Shown: positions 54,926 to 63,810 of the stretch, piece after piece
Layout: the number at the start of each line of letters is the position of its first letter
Position numbering within the stretch: the stretch's first letter is position 1
IMG/VR virus record: IMGVR_UViG_3300047095_000811
Coordinates: 32,001-96,000 of that record
Reading direction: 5' to 3' (one strand)
Source: a virus
Length of the DNA: 64,000 nucleotides
Made by a program: the position numbers and the translations under genes
The notes under the pieces: generated by a model
The model's input: the letters and a program-made list of their open reading frames with translations, nothing else
The model's database searches: none
Told to the model about the DNA's origin: nothing

Positions 54926-56833
54926 TCAGTACAGGCCGTCGATGATGCTTTCTTCATCCTTGCTGAACATGTTGTTCTCCACAACGTAGTTCAGACGCTC
55001 GAAGGCGAGGGTGATCGCCGCCGATGGATGATTGACGAGCGCGTTGGTGAGTTTGAGGAACTTCAACTTCTCGGGGTTGTCAAAGTTCTTCGGGCGGTGT
55101 TGAATGTCGTCCACATCCCTGAGCAACTCGCGGAGGATCAGCTCGATGGTGAGGCTGCTGGCGCGGATGTTCGAACGTTCGAGAAGGCCGAGGAACTCAG
55201 GAAGGATGAGGTGATAATTGCCGGGGTCGGAAATCTTCACCTTCTTCTTGGGCTCCTCTTCAATCACTTCTTCGATGTTGAGACGGGCCTCGCTCTCCAG
55301 AAGGTGGATGATGTTCTTCAGGGGGGTGGAGAGCTCGCTGTTCTCGACGTTGATCCGGAAGAGGTTCTCCTGACCGTCGTTCGAAACTTCGATGATGTTG
55401 TCTGCCTTGTACTTGGAAACCATGTCGGGGTTCTCAAGCACCACCAGCTCTTCTCCGTCGGCGAACTCGAACTCGACCTGACGGTCTCCGTCGAGCACCA
55501 CCATGCGCTTGATGACCGTCTCCTCCTCATCGTTGACGATGATCTCGGTTACGTTCACCTTGAAGTGCTTCTTGCCGATCAGGTTGGAGCCGTCGATCTC
55601 GAAGTACTCGTACATCTTCTGAGGGAGCTTCACCTTCTCCGGGTTGATCTGGAGCAGGTGCTTCGAGGACAGCAGCATCTGGGTCAGCTGCTCGGTGAGG
55701 CTGAGCACGCTGCTGATGCCGATATGGAACGGGTTCACCTTCACCAGATCGCCGTAGCAGGTGTGGCATATGCCGTCTTCGGCGCAGCAGGTGATCGGAG
55801 TGCGGAGCCGGATCTTCTTGCCGACCATACTCTGGTCCCGACCGTCGATCTTGACCAGCTTGCCCTTGACAGAGCGGTAGCGACCGTTGAGCCGCTTGAG
55901 CGCCGACTTGGACTCGATGACCATTTCGAGGTAGTTGTCGGACCCGCAGTCCTTGGTCTCAGACAGCTTCTGATTCAGCACCAGGAGCAGGAGCTTCCGC
56001 GACATGTAACCAGCGCGGCGCACTTGCAGCGAGTTGGTGATCAGCGCCTTGCGGGCACCCATCGCCGAGACGAAGTAGTCCATCTCGTTGCGGAACCCGT
56101 AGAAGAGGTTCGTGTCCACGCAGTGCGGGAAGATCGCAGATGAGGTCACCTCGGGCTTGTAGCCGACGTTGCAGAACACCTGCTGGAACTGTCCGATTGA
56201 CACAGCCGACAGGAGGTTCTTGTAACAGTTGTACTCGTCATCCTTGATGATAGCTTCGAGCAGCTGGCGGTTTGCGTTCTTGACCTTCTCGTTGCCTTCG
56301 AAGTAGTCGACCTTGGAGCCGGTCTCCTCCCGCACCTTGGTCTTCAGCAGAGCTGCTACTTCCGGATTTCGCTGCATCATCTGCAGCATGTCGTAGATGT
56401 TGATGCTGTTGCCAGCGGACTGGTTGACCTCGAATGCCATGTCTGCCAGCTCTTCGAGGCAGCGGGCGATGATCGCCTTGAGACCAGTGAGGTCAGCGTC
56501 CTCGTCGGTCGCCATGCGGATGGTGTCCGTGAAGTACGAGGACACCATCTTCGCCGCATTGTCTTCTGCGGAACACAGAAGAAGATCGCCCTCGTCGAGA
56601 TCCCGTTCCAGCACGTAGCGGGCCTTGATCGCGACGAGGGCGAGGACCAAGGCACCGAACCGCTGGCTCAGTACCTTGCCCATGAACTTGAACTTCGTTT
56701 CCCGACGACGAATCGAGAAGTCGGCCTTCAGGAGAGCGATACACTCGTCCGTGAAGTTAATCGTCGCTTCCAGATCTTTCTGCTCGACGAAGTTCAGATT
56801 TAGAACTTTTTCCTTTTCGTTTTTTGCCACCAT
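54926..56833 (-). CDS. RNA polymerase beta' C-terminal fragment (probably non-virion RNAP)
   Basis: Bridge helix GARKAL...AGYMSRKL, Zn site RTPITC...ICHTCYG and trigger loop EQLTQMLLSSKH. Confidence 0.92.
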   Translation of the reverse strand: MVAKNEKEKVLNLNFVEQKDLEATINFTDECIALLKADFSIRRRETKFKFMGKVLSQRFGALVLALVAIKARYVLERDLDEGDLLLCSAEDNAAKMVSSYFTDTIRMATDEDADLTGLKAIIARCLEELADMAFEVNQSAGNSINIYDMLQMMQRNPEVAALLKTKVREETGSKVDYFEGNEKVKNANRQLLEAIIKDDEYNCYKNLLSAVSIGQFQQVFCNVGYKPEVTSSAIFPHCVDTNLFYGFRNEMDYFVSAMGARKALITNSLQVRRAGYMSRKLLLLVLNQKLSETKDCGSDNYLEMVIESKSALKRLNGRYRSVKGKLVKIDGRDQSMVGKKIRLRTPITCCAEDGICHTCYGDLVKVNPFHIGISSVLSLTEQLTQMLLSSKHLLQINPEKVKLPQKMYEYFEIDGSNLIGKKHFKVNVTEIIVNDEEETVIKRMVVLDGDRQVEFEFADGEELVVLENPDMVSKYKADNIIEVSNDGQENLFRINVENSELSTPLKNIIHLLESEARLNIEEVIEEEPKKKVKISDPGNYHLILPEFLGLLERSNIRASSLTIELILRELLRDVDDIQHRPKNFDNPEKLKFLKLTNALVNHPSAAITLAFERLNYVVENNMFSKDEESIIDGLY

Positions 56834-56960
56834 TTTTCCCCTTCTCGAACGACAAATTGAACTTGAAACTGTGATGCTTGAGACTCAGGTTTAGTCTCTT
56901 GTCCGCCGCGTCGCCGAAGAGCGCGTTGGTAACGCCTGTGATTACTTCGCCTATGATCAT
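56757..56960 (-). CDS. Possible small upstream ORF overlapping the RNAP start
   Basis: 67 aa with an SD inside a hairpin; only the first half looks coding. Confidence 0.3.
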   Translation of the reverse strand: MIIGEVITGVTNALFGDAADKRLNLSLKHHSFKFNLSFEKGKNGGKKRKGKSSKSELRRAERSGSDD

Positions 56961-57100
56961 TCCTAGCCTCTCTTTGGGAGGTTAGGAAGCGCCGGAGAGT
57001 CCTGCAGCGGAGGCGTCACCAGCTCTGAACTGGATCTAGTCCCGCCCGGATTTTGCACCTCCTGTACGCACTACCTTCATTCCTCAATAAAAATGATGGA

Positions 57101-57137
57101 AACATCCGCTACACCCTCGTGAGGTGTAGCGGATGAA
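57101..57137 (-). terminator. Terminator hairpin
   Basis: CATCCGCTACACC...GGTGTAGCGGATG. Confidence 0.75.
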
Positions 57138-57151
57138 CGCATCAGAAGATG

Positions 57152-58198
57152 TTACTTCTTCTTCTTGGCCGGAGTGAAGGTCTCATTGCCTTCGTCGTCG
57201 GTGCCCCACTTGCCGTTGACGAAGTTGCCCTTGGCGTCGAACTGACCTTCGACGAACTCGCCGTCATCGGTAGTCGTGCCCTTGGTCATGGTCTTGCCGT
57301 AGTACAGGTTCAGGCTGACCTTGGTGTGCGGGCTGACGAGGGTGTGGTACGGAGTAGCGACTTGCGCCAGCTCGGTGTTCGGGGCGTACACGCGAGCTTC
57401 CATTTCGCGGCGCTTGAACTTCGCCACGAACTTCACATCGTACTCGGCCAGAGTCTCTTCGAGGAAGGTCTCGAAAGCCTTGACGACTTGGATGGTGACG
57501 CTCTTGGTCGGAGGAGCGATGCCCAGCTCGACCAGCTTGTCGTGGAAGCGGCTGAACAGTTCGTCCTGCGGCATCCAGGAACCCGGCTTCAATTCCTTGC
57601 GCTCTTTCTCCTTCTTGGCGCCCCAAGCGGAGTTCTTGCCGGTCTTGGTCTGCTTGCCGGTCGGGACTTCGTCGTCGCCTTCGTCGTCAGCGGCGGGCTT
57701 CGCAGCCTTCTTGGCGGGAGCAGCGGCCTTGACCGGGGCCTTGGCGGCAGCCTTCACGGGAGCCTTGGCAGGGGCCTTCTTCGGAGCCGGAGCTTCTTCT
57801 TCGGCTTCTTCCTCTTCGCCGTCTTCTTCCGAGGATTCTTCTTCCTCTTCTTCTTCCGGCTCAGGGGCCTTCGGAGCGGCCTTCTTGGCAGGGGCCTTGG
57901 CGGCGGGCTTCACGACCTTCTTCGGAGCCGGAGCTTCTTCTTCGGCTTCTTCCTCTTCGCCGTCCTCGTCGCCTTCTTCCTCTTCTTCTTCCGGCTCAAC
58001 GGCCTTCGGAGCGGCCTTCTTGGCCAGGACTTTCTTCACCGGCTTGGCCGGAGCTTCTTCTTCCTCGCCTTCGCCTTCACCGCCCTCGACTTGGGAGTCT
58101 TCCTCTTCGTCGTCGGCGGGCTTGCTCACCTTCTTGGAGGCGGTAGCGGGGGAAGCGCCGTTCTTCTTCTTGGCCAGCAGGTCTTTGATCGATGCCAT
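57152..58198 (-). CDS. Low-complexity Glu/Lys-block protein with C-terminal divergent HU-like domain
   Basis: About 190 aa of alternating poly-E and PAKKA blocks, then a helix-helix-beta arm region (QDELF...TK...VVKAF...KFK.R..EAR...PN) resembling HU. Confidence 0.65.
   Translation of the reverse strand: MASIKDLLAKKKNGASPATASKKVSKPADDEEEDSQVEGGEGEGEEEEAPAKPVKKVLAKKAAPKAVEPEEEEEEGDEDGEEEEAEEEAPAPKKVVKPAAKAPAKKAAPKAPEPEEEEEEESSEEDGEEEEAEEEAPAPKKAPAKAPVKAAAKAPVKAAAPAKKAAKPAADDEGDDEVPTGKQTKTGKNSAWGAKKEKERKELKPGSWMPQDELFSRFHDKLVELGIAPPTKSVTIQVVKAFETFLEETLAEYDVKFVAKFKRREMEARVYAPNTELAQVATPYHTLVSPHTKVSLNLYYGKTMTKGTTTDDGEFVEGQFDAKGNFVNGKWGTDDEGNETFTPAKKKK
57775..58065. repeat. Intragenic tandem repeat, period about 141 nt
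   Basis: ccttcttcggagccggagcttcttcttcggcttcttcctcttcgccgtc at 57775 and 57916, with a partial third copy near 58047. Confidence 0.85.
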
Positions 58199-58349
58199 TT
58201 TTCAGTCCTTTCTAGTGACTTGGTACACAGGTAAATTTCCAATCGATTGGAGGCTCTTGTCAGGCTGACCCTTTTGAGTTAGTATCAGCCTGGAACCACG
58301 TAGATTATATCTACGCGATTTCAGGTTTGACGTTTACCGCAGGGTAGTC

Positions 58350-58361
58350 TAGCCAGATGTT
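58350..58361 (-). promoter_or_regulatory. Late promoter AACA-N6-TA
   Basis: AACA-tctggc-TA about 150 nt upstream of 58198. Confidence 0.6.
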
Positions 58362-58463
58362 GGATACGCTGAAACCACATGAATGCACCTTTCTCAATTA
58401 GTTACATCCAGAATCGGGTTCCAGCGCTTTCTTTCAAATACGTTCTAAGACGTTTTTGGTTCT

Positions 58464-59405
58464 CTATGCCAGCTTGATGAGCAGGTCAATGATGGCCCGC
58501 GTCATAGCGATGGAACGGTGATTCCACTTGAGTCTCTCCGAGATCGACACGTCGCTTAGGGAGCAGAACTGCTCCTCGTCTTTAGACTTGCCGTTGACGA
58601 AGAAGATCGAATTATAGCCGAAATCTCGATGCAGCGCACGGAGACTTTCGCGGTCGTTGAGGGAAAAGCCATTCGGAACAACGACCTCTCCAAAGAGGGT
58701 TCCGATGCCTGACGCCGCGATCTTGCCGGACGGCTCGGCGATGGTCGCCACAGTCTGGAAGTACGCCGGAACCTCACCGTGCTTCCCGACCACGCTCATG
58801 ACGCGAGTCAGCAGCATGACCTTGTTCAGGAAGTCCTTCGCGTCCTTGGTTTTCACCGACTCGGGCTTCCCTTCTTCCGAAAGGATCTCGTGGTAGATGA
58901 TACCGGCATCCACGAAGCTCTCGGGGTTGTAACGACCGATGTTTCGGTCGAAGTACCGAGCGGAGTAGACACCCGGCTCGTCTCCAAGCAGCGGAACACA
59001 GATACCGGAGTCCTCTGCCATGACGTAGGACGACAAGTGTGCTGCGGTCTGGGTGCTCTTCAGGACGGAGTTCGCGTAGAGGGTGCTCCCCGTCTCGTCC
59101 ACTTCCGGTAGCGGAACCTTCGGCACGTCGAACTCCAGCAGCCCGTCCAGCAGCTCCTTCAGATGACCGCTGTTCTCGATGAATCCCTTGAATTCGAGCA
59201 CCTTCCCGTAGTTGCCGGTGGCGAACCAGATTCGAGGATCGCGCTTCAGGGTGATTGGCAGGTAGTCGAGGATGCGTCCCTTGATCGGCAGCAGGTATGC
59301 CATCACGCTCTCGATCTCACTCCGGAAGGAGCTGTAGTTTTCTTGCTGGCGCAGAACCGTCGTGCGGTGCCCGTCCAGATCGATGAGGTCAATCACTTCT
59401 TCCAT
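58464..59405 (-). CDS. HAM1/RdgB-family NTP pyrophosphatase (divergent)
   Basis: FATGN.GKV.E, ETG.T...N...K, AEDSG, PGVYSARY, FGYNSIF and NHR motifs. Confidence 0.88.
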   Translation of the reverse strand: MEEVIDLIDLDGHRTTVLRQQENYSSFRSEIESVMAYLLPIKGRILDYLPITLKRDPRIWFATGNYGKVLEFKGFIENSGHLKELLDGLLEFDVPKVPLPEVDETGSTLYANSVLKSTQTAAHLSSYVMAEDSGICVPLLGDEPGVYSARYFDRNIGRYNPESFVDAGIIYHEILSEEGKPESVKTKDAKDFLNKVMLLTRVMSVVGKHGEVPAYFQTVATIAEPSGKIAASGIGTLFGEVVVPNGFSLNDRESLRALHRDFGYNSIFFVNGKSKDEEQFCSLSDVSISERLKWNHRSIAMTRAIIDLLIKLA

Positions 59406-59689
59406 GCTTCTTCCTTTTGCTTCATTTGCCGTAGTGGCTAAATCGTACCATCGATACGTTCCTTTCAGTTTTCCTCTCAGTCGCAGTTGTATTCGGGAAT
59501 ATCTCTTTAGCACATCCCGAGGGGGACTTTAGGGGGTGATAGAGTACGAGATCATCTTTAAATAAATAATGATACCGTAACCCAGATCATCCTCTAGGAG
59601 CACTGATATGATATATGAGTAATAGTGGATTTGCTTTGTAACTACTCATTAATCATGAAACACTTTCATTTTTCTAGGGGATAACCACC

Positions 59690-62600
59690 ATGATGGTTTC
59701 AATGGAAAAGATCATCCCGAACAAGATCTACTTCTCGTCTTCTCTCCAGATCAATGTGGAAAAGGAAGGGAAGTACATCCTTACTTCGACGGATCCAGAG
59801 GATCCACAAAGACTGAAGTCCTTGACGGACTCCATGAAATTCGTGCCTCAAGGGAAGATGTACCTGTACTTCCCAGAGATGCTGCTGAACCCGGCGACTC
59901 TCGCTTCGATCAGCTCCACCAAGGAACGCAACGACTTCTTCAAGGACATCGCAGAGATCAACCTCGGCCATCAGGCCACCAAGGTCATGAAGCTCTCCGA
60001 TCTCTCTCAGGAGCAGAAGAGTGACAACCATCCGCTGGTCGTCAACGTCGGCGGGTACTTCTCCAAGCTGGACTCGTACATCTCGGTCCACAAGAAGACC
60101 CCTCAGCAGAAGTACGCTTACCTCAAGCTCGTACTGAAGAAGATCCTGGCAGACACCGCGAGGGACATCCCGGAAGGCAAGAAGACGCTGGTCGTGGACA
60201 TCCAAGGTAACAGCCCGAGAATCGACCCGGTGCTGTTCACCATCGTATACGGCCTGAAGAAGGACTTCGAGGGGTGCTCCGGTATCTTCTCCGGAGTGGA
60301 CGTGATCTTGGTCGATCCCGACCACAACCTCTTCGTCAAACTGAATCTGACCGACCGCAAGAAAGCCATCCAGTCGGTGAACCTGTCTGCGAAGATGGCT
60401 GCTCTCAGCAAGTCGTTCGATCCCAAGAAGGTCATCACCGACAAGGACGTCCAAGTCGGCGACACTGTGGTATCAGACGACGCCGAAGTGATCGGATCCA
60501 CCGAAGAGACCCCGATCGACAAGACCGGAGAGGTCACCAATCAGGAAGCTGCCAAGGCTTCCGAACAGACCAAGGAAGAAGCAGACCACACTGACGTGGA
60601 CGGCGTATCCCGAGTCGAAGACCTCGATCTCAGCGAGATCATGGCGACCGACACCTCTGCCGAGTTCGACCGGCTCGAAAAGGAGAACGCCGAGTTTGTG
60701 GCAAAGTTCAAGCCGCAGCAGGACAAAGCCTTCGGCGACGTCCAGAAGAGGGAAGAAGACTTCGTTCTCCATGTGGAATCGGCAAAGGACGACGCGGTAC
60801 TCAACCCGAGCATCAAGACCGCCAAGACGGTGGCCCTGACCAACTCCTACCACAAGAACCTCTTCAGGAAGGATGTTGCCTCCCTCCTCCAGTCCCTCAA
60901 TAACGACTCAGAATTCCCTGCCGTCGTGATCTCGCACGAGATGAAGGACTCTTCGGACCCGCTGAACCTGAAGGACGAGCTTTCCGTCGTCTTCATGGAC
61001 AAGCAGGGTAAGAAGCACAACTTCACTGTTGACGTTCCCAAACTGTCCTCCGACGGCTTCCTGTACATCAACGGCAATAAAAAGTTCATCGCCAAGCAGA
61101 CGACGCTTTTGCCGCTCATCAAGGAAGCTCCCGACCGAGTCCAGATCACCACGTCGTACTCGAAGACCTTCTTGTACCGCAAGGGCGACAAGACTAACCC
61201 GATGATCGACAGGATCTTTAAGACTCTCATCGGTAAGTCGTACACCGGGGTGAAGCCCATGTACGGCAATTCCTTCGCGTCCAACATCAAGTACGGCGTC
61301 AGTATCCCCTACAACTACCTCTCGAAGCGTCTCTTCACGCTCAGCTTCGATCTGGGAGCGAAGGCTTCTCTGGACTTCCACTTCAGCCAGAAGCGGATCC
61401 GTTCGGTGATGGAGGATGCCGGGATGTCGATCCCGGAAGGGAAGCTGCCGGTTGCACTGCGGATGATGAACGGCAAGATTGATGCGGTCTACTTCGAGGA
61501 TGCGTCCACCAGAAAGGTGGAGCAGGTCAGCGGCAAGACGGTCATGAAGACCTATCAGAACCTGCAGGACCTGCTCGTCGAGACGATCAGGAACTACAAG
61601 AACACCGACGTCCTGAAGGCTTTCGAGGCCACCAATGCAGGCAAGGCGTACAGCTACACCGACATCAAGCTCGCCGGGACCAGCGTCCCTCTGGGCATCC
61701 TCGTCAGCTTCTACCAAGGTCTGCTTCCAGCTCTCGACGGGTACGGCATCAAGTACACCGTCTCCGCTGAGAAGCGCCGTGCTGCAGAGAACGAGACTCT
61801 CATCCAGTTCAAGGACATGAATGTGTACCTGAATCTGGAAGGGGATACTGCTAAGGAGCTCTTTGCCAACGGTCTGTACTTCCTGAATACCAAGGAGTTC
61901 TCCTACCGGGACGCTGAGCGTCGTGGGTCTGTGTTCATCGAGTACTTCGGAGAGGCAATCGGATCCCGCAACATCGCCAAGGCATACATCAACTTCGAGA
62001 CCTCGATGATCGACCCGATCACGAAGGAGATCCTCATCGATCTGAAACTGCCAACGGAGTTCGTCCCTCTGCTTTACAAGGCGAACGACATGCTGGCGGG
62101 GTACTCCCACAAGCGCAAGAACGACATGACGAACTTCCGGGTCAGAGACTCTGAGGTGCTGTCCGTGGCGATCTACGACGTACTCATGAAGTCCTTCAAC
62201 GAGTACAAGCGCACCGTGAAGACCGGCGTGGTGACTCCGATCTCTGCGCCGAAGGACGCCGTGGTCAAGAAGGTGCAGGCTCTCCCGAACGTGGAGGACT
62301 ATTCGGTTCTGTCTCCGTTCCTCGAAATGGAGCTGAAGTCCAAGACGACATTCAAAGGTCCGTCCGGCCTCAACAGCTCCGACGCCTACACCGCCGAGAT
62401 TCGTTCTTACGATCCGTCGATGATCGGCCTGTTCGGCATCTTCTCCCCGGTCTCCGGGGAGATCGGCGTCAACCGCTCTCTGGTGCTGAACCCGAAGATC
62501 CGAAACAACCGTGGGTACCTCGACCATCCGGACGTGGACTCGATGAACATGGACAACCTGTTCGCCTCCGGCGAGCTGCTGAACCTGTTCTCCGCGAACC

Positions 62601-63805
62601 ACTCCGACCCGATGCGTACCGGCATGGCTACCACTCAGGGCAAGCACATCGTCTCGACGAAGGTGCAGCACAACTACCTGATCGGTACCGGTCTCGACAA
62701 GACCATCTCCCAGCTCATCGGGCAAGATTTTGCCTGGAAGGCGGCGGAGGACGGCGAGATCGTCAAGATCGACCAGCGGAACAAGCTCGTCTTCGTGAAG
62801 TACAAGACCGGGCAGACTACCGCGATCGACGTCAGCGACAAGCCCGCCAAGAACTCTTCTTCCGGCTTCTGGATCAAGAACAAGCTCGAACTCATCGATG
62901 GCCTGAAGGTCGGCTCCAAGTTCAAAAAGGGTCAGACCCTAGCTACTAACCGCAGCTTCTTCCGGCAGGACATGGACGGATCCCACGGATTTGCCCCCGG
63001 AAGGCTCACGAAAGTGGCGATGATGTGCCTCCCAACCACTTACGAAGACTCCGCCCCTGTCATCGAAAAAGTGGCAAAGGAGATGGCTTCCGACATCATC
63101 ACCGAGAAGCAGGTGGCGCTGAAAGAGAACTCCAAGATCATCAAGATCGCCAGCGAAGGCCAGAAGCTCAACGTCAACGACCCCCTCATCATCTTCGAGG
63201 AGATCGGCGACAGCGAGAAGGATGCCCTGAGCGCGATCGAGAAGGCGGCTAAAGCTGCCGAGGGAGACGAGGACTTGGAGCACCTCGGAAGAAACATCAT
63301 CAAGTCGAAGTACTCCGGTACGATCACCAACGTCAAAGTCTACTACAACTGCGACTTGGAGTCCGACGCGATCCACCCGACTCTGAAGGAGTACGTCAAG
63401 GGGTACATCTCCAAGGTGAAGTCCCGCTCCGACGCTCTGAAGGGTAACAAGGAGGACGACCTGATCGAGATGCCGTCCATCGAGCGCATCGACTCTGACA
63501 AGATCCTCGGCAACGAGATGTCTGGCGTCCTGATCGTGTTCTACATCGCACACGAGGAGAAGATGGACGTTGGCAACAAGCTGGCATTCTTCTCAGCCTG
63601 TAAAGGGATCGTCTCGGAAGTCATTCCTGACGACTTGGCTCCTCTGACGGAGTACCGAGAGGAAGAGCCTATCGAGGCGGTCGTCTCTCCGATGTCTTTG
63701 ATCTCTCGTAACACTCCTGACCTTCCGCTCATGGGGTTCTCCAACAAGGTGATCCTTGAGCTGAAGAAGCAGTGTATCGAAGAGCTCTTCGGCGACAAGA
63801 AGTAA
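59690..63805 (+). CDS. RNA polymerase beta subunit, large fragment with N-terminal extension (probably virion RNAP)
   Basis: LYINGNKK, RSYDPSMIG, H.DP.R..M...Q, TYEDS, VGNKL...KGIVS and SPMSLISR motifs; lacks the final beta C-terminal region. Confidence 0.92.
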   Translation: MMVSMEKIIPNKIYFSSSLQINVEKEGKYILTSTDPEDPQRLKSLTDSMKFVPQGKMYLYFPEMLLNPATLASISSTKERNDFFKDIAEINLGHQATKVMKLSDLSQEQKSDNHPLVVNVGGYFSKLDSYISVHKKTPQQKYAYLKLVLKKILADTARDIPEGKKTLVVDIQGNSPRIDPVLFTIVYGLKKDFEGCSGIFSGVDVILVDPDHNLFVKLNLTDRKKAIQSVNLSAKMAALSKSFDPKKVITDKDVQVGDTVVSDDAEVIGSTEETPIDKTGEVTNQEAAKASEQTKEEADHTDVDGVSRVEDLDLSEIMATDTSAEFDRLEKENAEFVAKFKPQQDKAFGDVQKREEDFVLHVESAKDDAVLNPSIKTAKTVALTNSYHKNLFRKDVASLLQSLNNDSEFPAVVISHEMKDSSDPLNLKDELSVVFMDKQGKKHNFTVDVPKLSSDGFLYINGNKKFIAKQTTLLPLIKEAPDRVQITTSYSKTFLYRKGDKTNPMIDRIFKTLIGKSYTGVKPMYGNSFASNIKYGVSIPYNYLSKRLFTLSFDLGAKASLDFHFSQKRIRSVMEDAGMSIPEGKLPVALRMMNGKIDAVYFEDASTRKVEQVSGKTVMKTYQNLQDLLVETIRNYKNTDVLKAFEATNAGKAYSYTDIKLAGTSVPLGILVSFYQGLLPALDGYGIKYTVSAEKRRAAENETLIQFKDMNVYLNLEGDTAKELFANGLYFLNTKEFSYRDAERRGSVFIEYFGEAIGSRNIAKAYINFETSMIDPITKEILIDLKLPTEFVPLLYKANDMLAGYSHKRKNDMTNFRVRDSEVLSVAIYDVLMKSFNEYKRTVKTGVVTPISAPKDAVVKKVQALPNVEDYSVLSPFLEMELKSKTTFKGPSGLNSSDAYTAEIRSYDPSMIGLFGIFSPVSGEIGVNRSLVLNPKIRNNRGYLDHPDVDSMNMDNLFASGELLNLFSANHSDPMRTGMATTQGKHIVSTKVQHNYLIGTGLDKTISQLIGQDFAWKAAEDGEIVKIDQRNKLVFVKYKTGQTTAIDVSDKPAKNSSSGFWIKNKLELIDGLKVGSKFKKGQTLATNRSFFRQDMDGSHGFAPGRLTKVAMMCLPTTYEDSAPVIEKVAKEMASDIITEKQVALKENSKIIKIASEGQKLNVNDPLIIFEEIGDSEKDALSAIEKAAKAAEGDEDLEHLGRNIIKSKYSGTITNVKVYYNCDLESDAIHPTLKEYVKGYISKVKSRSDALKGNKEDDLIEMPSIERIDSDKILGNEMSGVLIVFYIAHEEKMDVGNKLAFFSACKGIVSEVIPDDLAPLTEYREEEPIEAVVSPMSLISRNTPDLPLMGFSNKVILELKKQCIEELFGDKK

Positions 63806-63810
63806 CGAGG

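Noticed and set aside
57775-58065. Direct repeats as a possible CRISPR array
   Set aside because: They are in-frame coding duplications without unique spacers, and no cas genes are present.
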